Part shown: positions 39,320-51,892 of the stretch, piece after piece
Position numbering within the stretch: position 1 is the first letter of the stretch
Layout of the letters: each line of letters starts with the position of its first letter
Assembly: GCA_037447605.1 (NCBI GenBank)
Contig: CM074806.1
Coordinates: 2,356,001 to 2,420,000 of the forward strand
Source: Zygnema circumcarinatum SAG 698-1b
Lineage: Eukaryota > Plantae > Zygnematophyceae
DNA length: 64,000 nt
Direction of reading: 5' to 3'
Notes under the pieces: model-generated
What the model saw: only the letters and a program-made list of their open reading frames with translations
The model's database searches: none
What the model was told of the DNA's origin: nothing
Made by a program: the position numbers and the translations under genes

Positions 39320-39675
39320 ATAGCCACGTGGACACGTCTCCGCATGCCGCGTGGCACAAGCTGATGTGGCTGCGACGTGTCTGCGGCCTGCGGAGAGGAC
39401 GGACCGGACCGGACCGGGCCCGGGCCTGCTTCCGCGGGCGGGCGGGTAGGCCGCGCCACGTCGGATCCGGGGTTTACAGAAATTGAAAAAGAAAAACTTG
39501 AGAGACTGAATCCAATGAGAGCTCGCCACGTGACGGCCACCATTGGTCAAGCCACGTCGCTGGCTAGCTTAGCTTACGCGCGAGCCGCCGCCGTGGCATT
39601 GATTCTTTTTTCTGCCACGTGGCAACGTGCGATTGGAACATCAACTCTCAGTAGTGCGCATTCCAAACCCTAATC
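39320..39675. promoter_or_regulatory. GC-rich lipase promoter with clustered G-box/ACGT motifs and telo-box
   Basis: GCCACGTG/GCCACGTC at ~39323, 39455, 39525, 39551, 39614; AAACCCTAA at ~39665. Confidence 0.4.
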
Positions 39676-40396
39676 CCTCATCCCAAAGTCAAAGCGCTGG
39701 CGCTGCGAGGGCGCACCCACAATGGGGCAGCCCATGTCCTCACGTCCCAGGCGGAAAGGACTTCGGGCGACATGGAACGGGGCGCAGACGAGCATGTGCC
39801 TTCACACTCATGCTGACCTCCACCGTGAGAGGGAGCACATTGCACATGTGCTTAGGGCAACTACACCGCACATCAGGCGAGGCCACACTGTGTGGGAGGG
39901 TACAAATGTACACCCGTCAAGAACCTCGTACCCATAGGCATTAGCAAGGATGCTCATTTCTCAATATTCAACCAATGGGGTGAAGAAGGCAAGCAGAACC
40001 CTAGTAACAAGGTCAGAGTCCGTGCAATTCACACTTAGCCATCGCACCACGAGATTGCATTCACAGAAAAAGACACCCAAAAGCCAAGCAACACCTTCAG
40101 CTTGTAAAAACTTCAAACTCGCGAGCAAAAAGACATCAGCAAAAGGTCATATCTACAATTGGCTCCGTCCAAAACCGGGTAACCCGCTGCCAAAGCCTTG
40201 CAACAGGCACTCTAACGGACATACAAGCGACTTGCTAAGTAACGCTGCTTCTATTCTCAAACATATCCAAGGCGTCCTAACCTCTGTGGGAAGCTGAACC
40301 GACTCCTGCGACAGTTTCCAAACTTCAACACAGTGGTGCATAGTCGGATCGGCCGCAGCATTGCTAGAAACTGGAGACGCCAATCAAACCAGAAGC

Positions 40397-43300
40397 TCAC
40401 ATAGCTCCTCCACCGAACTTGCCCATCAGCTTGGATAAGACCGCGGCCACTTTGGGGTTGCTCTGGTGCTTCATGAGGTTGGCCGGATTGCTCATGACTG
40501 CATGAAGGCGCATAAAACAGGAATCGTGATGCAGTACATGAAGTGTGGAAGAAAAAGAGGGTCATTACAACAGGGGTACGTTTCAATCATTCCTCAAGAG
40601 AGATTCTTTTGAGGCCATGGGAAGTGCATGCACATACCATCTTGAAGTGCTGCTGAGACTTCAGGATCGCTCAAAGCACCAAGCAGCTCCGGATCCTGCA
40701 TGGAAACTCGACAAATCTCTCAAGATACAGCACATGGCATACTTTTGCCCTCCACAAAACGAGGCCAATAGCCATCCCAATACACACACACAGCCAAAGC
40801 AGAAGCCAGCCAATTGCCCTTCATTTCTAGCAACATCGACCCTACCAAACGGGCCTCGATTCAGCGAGATAGACAGCTTCAAACATGGCCTCCATTCCAT
40901 CAAATTTATGAAACATGATATAAGAGGCGCTGCGAGAAACAAACGTCAATATCCTTTTAATCTGGTGTGTTCAATTGGCACCCACGTTGAGAATGGCGCT
41001 CATGTCCGGACCTCCAGCGCCACCCATCCCGGGCATGCCTCGACCCATTCCAGGCATGCCGCCACCCATCCCTGAAGGCATGCCTCCCATCCCTGGCATT
41101 CCCCCCATTCCCGGCATCCCACCACCCATCCCCGCCGGCATTCCCCCCATTCCGGGCATGCCGGGCCCCATACCAGCAGGCATGCCCCCCATGCCACTCC
41201 GTGAACTCCTCTTCTTGCTCTCCTCCTGCTTTTTCTCCTCCTCATATTTTGCCTGGCATTGTCGTCCCCCCAGAGGAGCATGTTCAGGAGCTGAAGAGCT
41301 AAAAAATCATGCAGCTTTGAAGACGACCAGCTAGCCGACATGGGTGCTGCCCATTTTAAAGTTCAGCTGACAAACCGAATGGCTCCATTAGCCCCTCAAC
41401 CCTTTGCATCTCCCCCCTCACCTGTGCAGCTGCTCTGCGCCGCTGCCTCTCGCGCTCTTCTTTGCGATCCTCCCTTTCCTTGCGAAGTCGCTCATATTTC
41501 CGCCTATGCTCCTCTATACGGTGAGCAATAGGCTCTACCTGCAGCAATCAATATGAAGCAGCTCACTGTAGAAAGCAAAGTAGCAAGTGAAACATGATTT
41601 TCTTCAACGTGAATAGATAGATATCAATCAGATAGTAATATCCAAAACTGAGAATCGTGCAAAGCTGGATGTCCTACGAAGCATAATCTCACGTCACGTC
41701 TGCTAGCGTTTTACCTTCTTCAGGAAGGCTGCGATCTCTTCATCATAATCGAGCCTTGATGCAAGTCGCAAGTCCTTAGCTGCCTCCTCCCATTGACCCA
41801 GCAAGGCCTTTGCTTCCCCTCTCGACTTGTAGGCGCGAGCCGAATCTGGGTTCAACTGTAATCCAACGAAGATAAGAAATGACCAAAAAAAGCAAAATTT
41901 CATTGCTGGAATCTTCCAGTCTCAAAAAACAATGAAAAACTCAGCAACTACTGTCGTGGCCTACAACAAAAAAACAAGAGACGTGCAAACGACTTCTACA
42001 GTATTGGGCCGATTAGGCGAAATAGGATTCCAATTTCAAACAATATGCAAAGCACCAAAAGGATATGCCCAGTCTGACCTTCATAGCAGCGTCACAGTCA
42101 CGAATGGCTGCATTTGGTTTTCTCAGCTTCACATAAACGCCAGCTGAGCAATGATACACAAATCAAAAAGAGAGTCAGTTTTACGTTGTAGTCCATATCC
42201 TGGCCACAAGAAAATAGGAAAATCAAGGAAACGATAGGCTTTCGCTACGGGGCCAATCCTCCCGATCCACCTTGCATCTACCTCCCAATTGCTGGAAAAT
42301 ACGAATAGCATCCTGCGGTGCCTTGCAATATTCTACATCGACCGGTTCCAGAAGTCATACCTCTGTTGGCATAAAGAAGTGCAGACGTGGGGTTACTCTC
42401 AATGGCCTCGGTGAGAAAATCGATGGCCTCCTCCAGCTTATCTGCATTGAAACCAAGAAAAGGGAGGAGCATGGGAACAAGCATGGAGGATAAGCAATAA
42501 TTTAGAATGGATTGCAGAGCCTCGAAGCCCCTACAACGAACATTTGCTTTTTCAAAATTTCCGCACTTAGAACGTTCTACCATTGTCGAAATGGGAGTTC
42601 GACTTATGTCCAAAACGCACCTTCTGCAAGAGCTTCCATGGCCTTTCCTTTGTTCATTTGTGCACTTTCCCTATCCTCTTCTGACACCTCTTTATTTGGA
42701 TCCCCCATCTGCACAAGAGAAAGGTCACAAAGTGTTAAGTAGCGCTTAGTGCTTACGGAAGTCTTTTTTCTCAGCCAGTTCATAAGTTGAAACAAAGAGT
42801 ATTCGGTCGCATACTCTCCAACATCTTGGCTACTCCACAATAGACCTTCGCTTCACTCGATGTAAAACATAGCTACGAGTCACTCCCTGAATTCATGAAT
42901 TGCCCTAAGCCAGTGATTGATACAAGTTGATGAACAACCTTACCTTCGATCCTTTTCAGACACAGTTTCCCATCAAAACGGAAAATTCTTTCATAGACCT
43001 GAATGCATACTGAAACCTAAGCCTTATGTCAATAGTAACTCAAACGCATCCTCACTGCATTTTTTCGGTGTTGATGATAGATTCAAGGAAATCCATGGAG
43101 CATTTTCCCCCACTTTCCTTAGCGAAGCTCATTGTTCACAAACTAGTGCTGCAGCTCACCATAGCTGATCGAGAGAGAAGGGAGAAGTAGGAAATAACAG
43201 TCAGAGAGACAATGGGGATTGAAGGACCTTTTGTGGTGGGTCACTGTCAGGTGGTACGACATCATCACCGTCGACATCAAGGTCCGACTCCACGATCTCT

Positions 43301-43429
43301 TCTTCCTCCTCCACGGTTGTTGCAGAAGGTACTTCCTCTTCTTCAACTACCGCAGGCTTGGCCTGTGAATGAATACTCTCCGAAACAAAAGTAGTAAATG
43401 ACAATTGCGAAACGTGCAGACACCCGCTA

Positions 43430-43511
<82 letters not shown>

Positions 43512-44195
43512 CGGCAGAAGAGGAAAGGGATGACGAGTAAACCTGGAAAATAGTGGAAGGAGCACAGTCCATGGGCGCTCAATTTGGCAATACAAACCCT
43601 CATTGCACCATTTCAATCTATATTACGTGATACTTTCATGGTAAGGGTACATGTTCAGACTTATCTTATGGCACAGGAGACAGCGATTGAATTGATAAGA
43701 GCCGCTAGATAAGGAGCCCTCTATTTTCAGAGAAGTTTGAGAGTGCGAGAGCTCACCTCCTTGGGGACATCAGCTTCGCGTGCTTTTCCAAAAGCTGCTG
43801 CGGGAAGCTTTGCTCCTAGACTGCAGTCGTACGATGAAAAACCAACAGCAAATTTGACTCTGTACTTTGGTTTCCAAGGAATCAAGACCGACTTAAGGTA
43901 AAGTAAAGCAACAGGTCAGGCATGTCACTTGTTTTGTGAAAACTCCTACCAATGCAGCTTTTTCCTTCCAGCCCTGTAGCCGAAAGCTGCTGAATCACAT
44001 CTATTCGCCATAGAAAAAAAAACCTCCATTCGTGAAGGTGCTGGATGAACCAATCTGCGGCAGGGAATTTCAGATGTACCTTTCCAAATACTCTTTAAAG
44101 AAGGCCAGCGACGGATCCGCGAGCACTGCAGGGTTAGCCGTGCAAAGCTGCACGAAGGCGCGCAGCTCCGCGACCTTGGTCGCATCCATGACCAT
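40397..44195 (-). CDS. HIP: Hsp70-interacting protein (HIP/ST13/FAM10 family)
   Basis: N-terminal dimerisation domain [38 protein letters not shown], acidic [10 protein letters not shown], TPRs ([25 protein letters not shown]), GGMP repeats 41020-41190, STI1 [13 protein letters not shown]...[17 protein letters not shown]; stop TGA at 40397-40399. Confidence 0.95.
43432..43510 (+). repeat. (GA)n microsatellite in HIP intron
   Basis: Nearly pure GA dinucleotide run of ~78 bp. Confidence 0.95.
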
Positions 44196-44374
44196 GGCGG
44201 CAACTGGACAGGAAAACAGACGAAGCGCAGTACCCGCAGCCCTCTACGGCCCTTTCCTTCCGACCCAAAGGCGCCAGCAGGCTATGGCGCAGACCAGGAA
44301 GGATGCTTCTGGAAGCTCTTGGAAGGTCGGACTTTGAAACTTGGAACTTTGGAACTCGCGCGCTGCGAGTGCTG

Positions 44375-44742
44375 CCACGTCGGACCAACCATTTGGCAAT
44401 GGTGCCAGCCATTGACTGGCGACCCAAGCAACCATTGGCAGTGGCAACCATTGCCAATGGTTGCGAACATTGGATTTGACAACCATTGTTAGTGGCTCGA
44501 ACCATTGGTTATGAAATGTTGTGAACTTGTTTGATTCTCAAGTCTCCATCGTAAAGTGCGGTATAATGGTCCACGCACGCCGCCCCCATTGCATGCGGAC
44601 ATTCCAGCCAGTCGACTTACTATACAAAAAATTGGACTGCACAGGTAACGGTTCCCCCAATGGTCGCTCGCTAGCAAACACCAGCCATTCACTACCGTCC
44701 AACGGTTAGCCAATGGTTGGAAACCAATGGTCCGATCTTGTG
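44375..44742. mobile_element. Degenerate second copy of the palindrome-built MITE family
   Basis: Ends CCACGTCGGACCA / AATGGTCCGATCTTGTG match the termini of the 28901 element. Similar length (368 vs 376 bp), internal AACCATT/AATGGTT units, imperfect flanking repeat GAGTGCTG/AAGTGATG. Confidence 0.55.
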
Positions 44743-46367
44743 AAGTGATGTCTAGTGTTGTTCGACCATTTTGCATTAGCAGGAGCTGCGCTAGTGCTGG
44801 GGCGTTCTTGTCTGCAAGAGGGAGCATCAGAGGCGGTCGAAGGGACAGCCAAATACCGGATGAAGTGTTGGAATTGTGTTCTCTTTTGTTAAAGTGATTC
44901 TTTCCAGCGGTTACTGTACTCGGACGGGTCAAACCAAAGGATTTACAATCGCATGGAACGACATTGGCTAGCATTCAAATGTAGTAAATAGCGACTCTAC
45001 TTAGGCTGGGATCCTACGGCTTTTGAGAGTTGTGATGCACTAGTGCATGCTTGTTACAAAGACGCACAAAGAATCCCAGCAGTTTGGCAAGATCCTGTGA
45101 TGGATCAGATTGTAAGCTAGGAAGATTGGGTCTTGATGATTCCATTCTGCTAACTTTTCGCTAATGATCAGAAGAAACATTTTCAATACGCAGCAACCAT
45201 TCCACTGGCTTCAATGGTTGGCTTTGTTGCTAGCCAATGGTTGCAACCACTCCGTTGGCTTCAATAGTTGAGTGGGTCGCCAGCCACCTTATTATCAATA
45301 TGTTTGACTTTCTAAGTTTCTTCGTGAGTAGTCATTTGTATACGCGGTTGTTATGCCTCTAGGATAAAGATGAATATAAATGGTTCCATCCACACAATTG
45401 CCTAAATATTATGAAGCCATCACTTCAATTTTTAGACGACCATTTGTTGGTGTGGGACAATCTCCTACGCCTCCGGCTCCGCCAAGCGAATCGACTCAAT
45501 TAGGCTCCCTAGTGCCCACTTAAGAAGAAATATAGTCTCTTTCCACTCAAAATAAATCACTCATAGACCATTTTAATCAAAAAGAAAATTCCAAAAGAGG
45601 AGGTTGCGGGACAACACAATAGAGAGAGATGTAAGAGAAAGCTAACAGCCTTAAATCTCCTCAATAAATAATCACCCACAATGAGGTAGTTCCCAAGCTA
45701 TAGGTATGCTCCATTCACTATCCTTCACTGCCCAAATGAAGATAGCCTCGTTAGGCAAACAAGCACGGAGGGAGTAAACCCTTCACAAAACAAACCCTCA
45801 CTATAATATTGCTGTGTGATGTGACTCCTTGTTGACGGACGTCACGTCACGATCGCCCCATGCAGGTGCATGCATTCAACAGCCAGCTCCGCGGAACCGC
45901 GTAAACCTACGCCCGCCACCGACCTGGCTTCTGCTAGTGGTACAGTCCACCGCCCGACCGTACATGTCTGCCGCCCATGCAAGTCCTGGCTCGGTCCCCT
46001 TCACAGTTGACCTCGTTGAGCCGCCGACTTTCAAATGGGTCCACGTGGCACCACCAAATTCGCTGCCGACATTCCAATGAGGCACGACCGACATAGTGAT
46101 AGGCCCCACCGACATCGCGTGCCGCCTTTCCGATCTTTGCGAGCTGACATTGCCATCAAGCTTCTGCCTAAATAGCCACAAGGAGCCTTAAAGCACATGC
46201 CATGATTTCCCAAGTAATGCACAACCCAAATCATGGTCTATCCATATACTCTAACTGTCTATGAAAATGGTGATTTTGTAAATTCACTGAAGTCTTTCCC
46301 TCGCCCATCAAGGGTTGTTGACTCAAGAGTCGTATTCAATAATCAGCTTTCCCATTAATATTATTTC

Positions 46368-46377
46368 NNNNNNNNNN
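46368..46377. other. Assembly gap (10 N)
   Basis: N run just downstream of the metacaspase stop. A second 10-N gap is at 51079-51088. Confidence 0.99.
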
Positions 46378-46425
46378 ACGGATGGTCTTCCATAAAGAAA
46401 ATGTGATTCATTCACCTGACAGCTT

Positions 46426-49013
46426 CTAGTCGCAGATGAAAGGAGCATTTACGTTTTTGTCACTGCAATAGAGCCCCGGGTTCTGCTCAAAACCTTGCTT
46501 CTTCAGCAGCGCCCGGACATCCATAACAAGCTCACGGTTTGTGAGTTTCCCCCTCTTGGCCGCCACCGCCGTTTGAATTGCATTGCTCAGAGCACCAAAG
46601 GCCTTTGTAGACCCATTGGCCCGCACATCTGCTGACTTCTCCTTTGCCTGACATCCACTCACGAGAATGCCCATATCCACAGAAACTCTGCGTCCGGGTG
46701 GTGGCTTCCATCCTGCTAGCACTGGACCATCGTCATCTGCCTGTGCCGCCTGTTGTGCAAGAGGCGTCATGTGGGCAAGTGCATCCGTAATTTTTGGTCC
46801 TCCCGGCCGACCTTCCATCTGAGACTTCACAAACTCCAGAGTAACGGTGGAAAGAATCCCAGCAAGCTCTCTATTTCCATTCCCAGAAAGCTGCGACATG
46901 ATAGCTGGCCCGTGCTTGATCAGAACGCCCACAAACATCTGCACCATAGGGCTGGCATCTTTTCCAAAGGCAGAATAGAGAGTTGTGCGTATGGCCCCTT
47001 CTGTAACTTTTGTCCCTGTCTTCTGGCCTAGCATGGACATGTAGGAGGTCATAGAAAGACCCCTATTTTTGAAACACGGAGCACGTGAACCTCCACCGCT
47101 GACATGCCCACTTGAATAGCCTCCACTGTGAATGCTCTCATGCTTTTCTTCATATTCACTCTCATGCGAACGACGATTTCCCTCCACTGACACCCCCCCT
47201 ATTCCGCCAGAGCGTGGATCTTCTCTGCGGTCGTCTTCATTTCTGCTCCCGTAGCCACGTCCGTACTCAGTCGGTGGGTGATATTCCCTGCTGGTATTAC
47301 CGCGTGCCCGGTTTTGAGCTGCATAGCCCGAGAGGTGAAACTCGCGGGAGCTAATTCCAGGGGCAACTCCCCTGCTACCAGTGGTCGAGTTGCCGATCTG
47401 TTCCTTTTCATGATCGATGAGGCCACCACTGTGACAGCAGTCACAAATTAACGTGAATGTGACTCCAGCAGGTAGAGTGTTCACAATTTCTCGAAAATCG
47501 TCATCTGCAGCCACAAACACAATACAGTCAAGATGCGTCAACTCAACACATGCAGCAAACTGTTTTCCTATCAACTCATGACGTAGAAACTTCCGACGTT
47601 GCCAGTTGAATAACAATCAACATTACTTTGCATCCAAACTTTGGTTTAAAAAAAAAAAAAAAAAAAGTGCGAGCTATATAGCCAGCTCATAAGGAACGTC
47701 TCACAAGAGACAGAATACATATGCAAGAATGACAGCAATCGTACACACAGATTAGCAAAAACGTCGTCATATCCTTTTTGCACCTGCAAATGTCTTCCTA
47801 TTGGATCCTGCTGCTCAGTCATCACTCAGCTCTTTTCAAAACACTGATATCCAAGTAAACTGATAACAAAGGGAATGACCTAGACTACACAACTAAACCT
47901 ATTTAATCTCCAACACCTTTTTTAAGAAATTGAGAGCTCTAGTATAGACCTTCTACAAGTCTTTACGATGGAAAGCAGGAACGAAAATGAGAAACATCGA
48001 GAAAACGTTGTTTACGCTAAGCCACACGAGAATTTGGAACAAAAAACTTGCAGGAAAGTGGAAGTAAATCCAAAGTAAGCCAGAAGCCAAAGGCAGAATA
48101 CAATGGACAAAGTCGCAAGCCACTTAGAATTACAAGAGAATCTCGCATATCCATACCTGTCAGAAGGTTCATGTCCGTCGGAACAATGCACTCATCCATT
48201 CCTGTGTCATCGGGGATGCCACTCTCGGGTGGAATCTGCGTTCCATGGCCGCTGAAATGCATGACCAGCACATCGCCTGCCTCAGTGTTTGCAACGATTT
48301 TGCTTAAAGCTTTCCGGATGTTCGCCCCTGTTGGCTGGGGATAGTTCTTATCAGTGTCAATCATCAACACAATATCCTGTGATACAGACAAAAAAAGATA
48401 ATTTTGCCATCAGTTAAATAGTCAAAAAACGCAGGGAAGCAATCAGAAAGGCGATTGATCACATGCACATTGGACACAAGCTCGCAAACCGAGATGAGTT
48501 TCTGGTTTCAGGAGAGGCATTCTCACGGCCGCATACCTTGCAACTGGAACTTCGGTAGGTATCAGATGAAACGTAAATAAGATAGCCATAGAGATGGAAA
48601 TGACCCACACCTTCCCAGACTAAATGGCAGTCTTTTCTGTCCCAAGAAAGTCACATTGCAGCAGTACTAGATTCGCTATGATAACACTAACGAATGAATA
48701 TCAAACAAGCAGAGCCACAAGGAAAAAAATCCTACTCATTCACATCGTTTCCAGCGACACTTCTACAGAGGAAGAGCATCCTTACGAGCCTAATCCAGCC
48801 ACAGCTCATTGCACGAGCCATTCCTTCTTCTAAACCGGTAAACTACGCACACTTGTCAACGCAGCACACCGAGAGATCAAGTCTCACCTCCTTGTGGAAG
48901 CCATAATATTTGAGAAGCATCTCCTTCATGCGCAGAACGTCATTGACGCATCCCTGCAGCTCATTATCCGTATTGGGATAGTTGCAGCCCACGACGAGCG
49001 CCCTCTTCGACAT
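46426..49013 (-). CDS. Type II metacaspase
   Basis: Exons 49013-48888, 48376-48157, 47504-46426. No prodomain (MSKRALVVGCNYP), catalytic HFSGHGT and DCCHSGG, DDTGMDECIVPTD, long linker, p10 ILVSGCQAKEKSAD...QNPGLYCSD...FIC. Confidence 0.96.
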
Positions 49014-49191
49014 GGCGTGATGGCGCCCGTCCGTCCTCCTGCAGGCGAGCAGGACGCGAGCAAGCCCTCGATGAGTGCAAAGTGCAGAGCAGGGCAAAGC
49101 AATGTCGGCCTCCCTCCCACCCCGCCGGCCGCAGTAGTCAGCCTAGCGGCACCCCCCACGGCCGCTACGGTTGGGGTTGGCTTCACAGCTA

Positions 49192-49797
49192 CCGTACAAC
49201 TGAACAGGTTGAGAAAAAAAGAAATAGAAAATTCTGGCTTCCCAGAAAAAAACTTTAAAACCAGTTTATCAAAAATAGCCCCTGTATTTGTGAACACGAT
49301 ATATTTTGAGAAAGGAGAAATGTATTCCTAATTCTTTTTCTCAATACAATTTTTATGGAGAACCAATTGAACAGTGAACAATTAATCAATCGTTCGTGTT
49401 CAATTTGAGTTTTCCTTGGGTCCACCGATCAACAATGAGATTTTAGCGGATCGCAAAGCTTGTAGACCCGGAGGTTTGTACAGAAATTGTTGATCGGCTC
49501 GCCTGAAGAGTCGTACAGCAAAACTAGCGCTCGTTTTTTCGTTAACCTGATCCCTCGAATCGCATGGAATCAACGTGTCGCAAATTGGAATCCACACGTG
49601 CGACCGAACACATTCTGAGAGAATTCACATTCATTCATTCATGAGTCTTTGAACTGTTTTCTTAAAACTTTTCGCTTTCTTCAATCGAAAAAGTCTCGAC
49701 CTCGAGTGTTCAAAGTTCAGCCCTGTTCAATAAAATTGAGAACTGAGAAATTATTTAAACTCGTTTAACAATTTCTCAACCTGTTCGGTTTTACGGG
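49192..49797. mobile_element. AT-rich MITE-like element with ~25-bp TIRs and TA flanks (Tc1/mariner-type inferred)
   Basis: TA|CCGTACAACTGAACAGGTTGAGAAA ... TTTCTCAACCTGTTCGGTTTTACGGG|TA; no convincing ORF. Confidence 0.65.
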
Positions 49798-50295
49798 TAA
49801 CAAAATTGGAGATTTTTACTTCTGACAAGCGATGGATTTTTATTGGATCACAGCGTACGGCATCCATTCAATGTTTGCATTTCGCCAAGCGCGGCAGGAA
49901 GATACTTCAGTTTTTGGGCAGGCAGATCGGCCCAGAGAAGAAATATGTTCATGCGACAGCGTTGACCCTGGGCCTAGGCCCTAGGGGCTGGCGAGAGGAC
50001 CCGTTGGCATAATGACAAAAATACGATCTTCAAGCTCAGTCAAAAGTCGTCTACTTTCAGGGAATGAAATGTCGCCACGTCGACTATTAACTCTGTACAC
50101 AGATCGGGTCAGCCACTACGGTAATGACTGCTTCCGTGTGAGGAATTGCCATAAATTCATACAGTAGATTTTGGCGCACATTTGGATGGCGGGGAGTTGA
50201 CTTTATCGAGGGGAGAGGAGGAAGTGAAGGAAAAAAGGCCAGACAAGATTTAGAAGCTTAAGCTGAAAGAGAAATTCCTGAAAGGAGTTTTTGAA

Positions 50296-50949
50296 ATGAT
50301 TTCCTCTTGCAATTTACAGGCGGCAGAACTCATTTCAGGCTCGCTGTCCGAGAGGCCATTTTTATCATCGAACGGTGGGAAAGTGTTGAGAAGGGACGAC
50401 AGGAGCAGCCATGAAGGCGGCATCACCAGCAGAGTAAGGCGGCGCTATTTGCAACTTTGAGTTGAAGCCGCCGTTCGTTCCACTAGCTTGATCGTCGTGG
50501 CTTAACTATGAGGTCAACGATGTAATGCTCGAACGTTCGGCACGTGATTTAATGTGTTGAAATGTGTTCTTTGTAAGGCGCAGGTGCACGTCTATCGAAA
50601 ACATAGAGGGAACATACCATTAGTCAAGTGCGAAGCTGCGAGTCAGACTAGTAAGTTTCCAGGAAAGCTCTAGGTGTTTGATGCTTGTCCAGTTCATTTT
50701 CGCTCGAAGTTTTACATGCCGAACGCCTGGTATTGAAATGTAACTCCTAAACGACTGAGTGTCTGAAACGACTTATTTGACTCCGAATTTTAGTAAAAAA
50801 TGAGAATTAAATTACAAGCCGATAATTTTGGACATTAATGTTTTACACGGCTTACAAACAATGGCCACGGATATACGAGCAGAAGCTGCAGAGGGCACCA
50901 ATACAAGCCAATGGTTTCAGATGACAATACAACTTCCAGCTTTCAGCAG
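50296..50949 (+). pseudogene. Duplicated 5' fragment (exons 1-3) of the YjbQ gene, truncated at assembly gap
   Basis: Near-identical to 53016-53670 (e.g. [12 protein letters not shown] vs [12 protein letters not shown]). Downstream exons are absent before the N gap at 51079; it could be a complete paralog hidden by the gap. Confidence 0.5.
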
Positions 50950-51593
50950 GTCAGAGTTAAGCTATTGTTTGCATCTTTCCTCATCGTGACCCTAGAATCG
51001 ATCAATTTAAGATTGTCATTTCAGATGAAAAAAGGCCACGCTCATCCATCCACGCTTGAAAGTCCACAGCATTCCTCGNNNNNNNNNNCTGTGATACAAA
51101 CAAAAACAATGATTCTGTCATCAGTTATACAGTCAAAAAACGCAGCGAGGCAATCAAAAAGACGATTGATCACATGCACACTGGACACAAGCTCGCAAAC
51201 CGAGATGCCTTCTGGTTTCAGGAGAGGCATTCTCACGGCCACATACCTTTCAACTGGTACTTCGATAGGTACCAGATGAAACGTAAATAAGATAGCCATA
51301 GAGATGGAAATGCCCCACAGCTTTCCAAACTAAATGGCAGACTTTGCATTCCCAAGAAAGGCACATTACAGCAGTACTAGTTTCGCTATGATAACACTAA
51401 CCGAATGAATATCAAACAAGCAGAGCCACAGGGAAAAACTTCCTACTCATTCAGACCGTTTCCAACGACACAGAGGAAGAGCATCCTTAAGAGCCTAATC
51501 CAGCCACACCTCCTTGCACCAGTCATTCCTGCTTCTAACCCGGAAAACTCATGCACACTTGTCAACGCAGCAAACCGAGAGATCAAATCTCAC

Positions 51594-51719
51594 CTTCTCG
51601 TGGAAGCCATAATATTTGAGAAGCATCTCCTTCATGCGCAGAGCGTCATTGACGCATCCCTCAAGCTTATTATCCGTATTGGGATAGTTGCAGCCCACGA
51701 CGAGCGCCCTCTTCGACAT
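51594..51719 (-). CDS. Exon 1 of a second metacaspase copy (remainder missing in gap)
   Basis: MSKRALVVGCNYPNTDNKLEGCVNDALRMKEMLLKYYGFHEK, intact frame and GT donor. The intron runs to the exon-2 acceptor, exactly where the N gap begins. Confidence 0.65.
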
Positions 51720-51892
51720 GGCGTGATGGCGTCCGTCCGCCCTTCTGCAGGCGAGCAGGACGCGAGCAAGACCTCGATGCCAAAGTGCAGAGCAGGGCAG
51801 TGAAGTATCCGGCTCCCTCCCCCCCGCCCGAAGTAGTCAGGTTTGCAGCACCCCACACGTCCGCGCTGCGGTTGGGCTTGGCTTCACAGCTA

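Noticed and set aside
40975-41334. Pro-rich plus-strand ORF (PPIPGM repeats)
   Set aside because: Antisense shadow of the normal HIP GGMP repeats.
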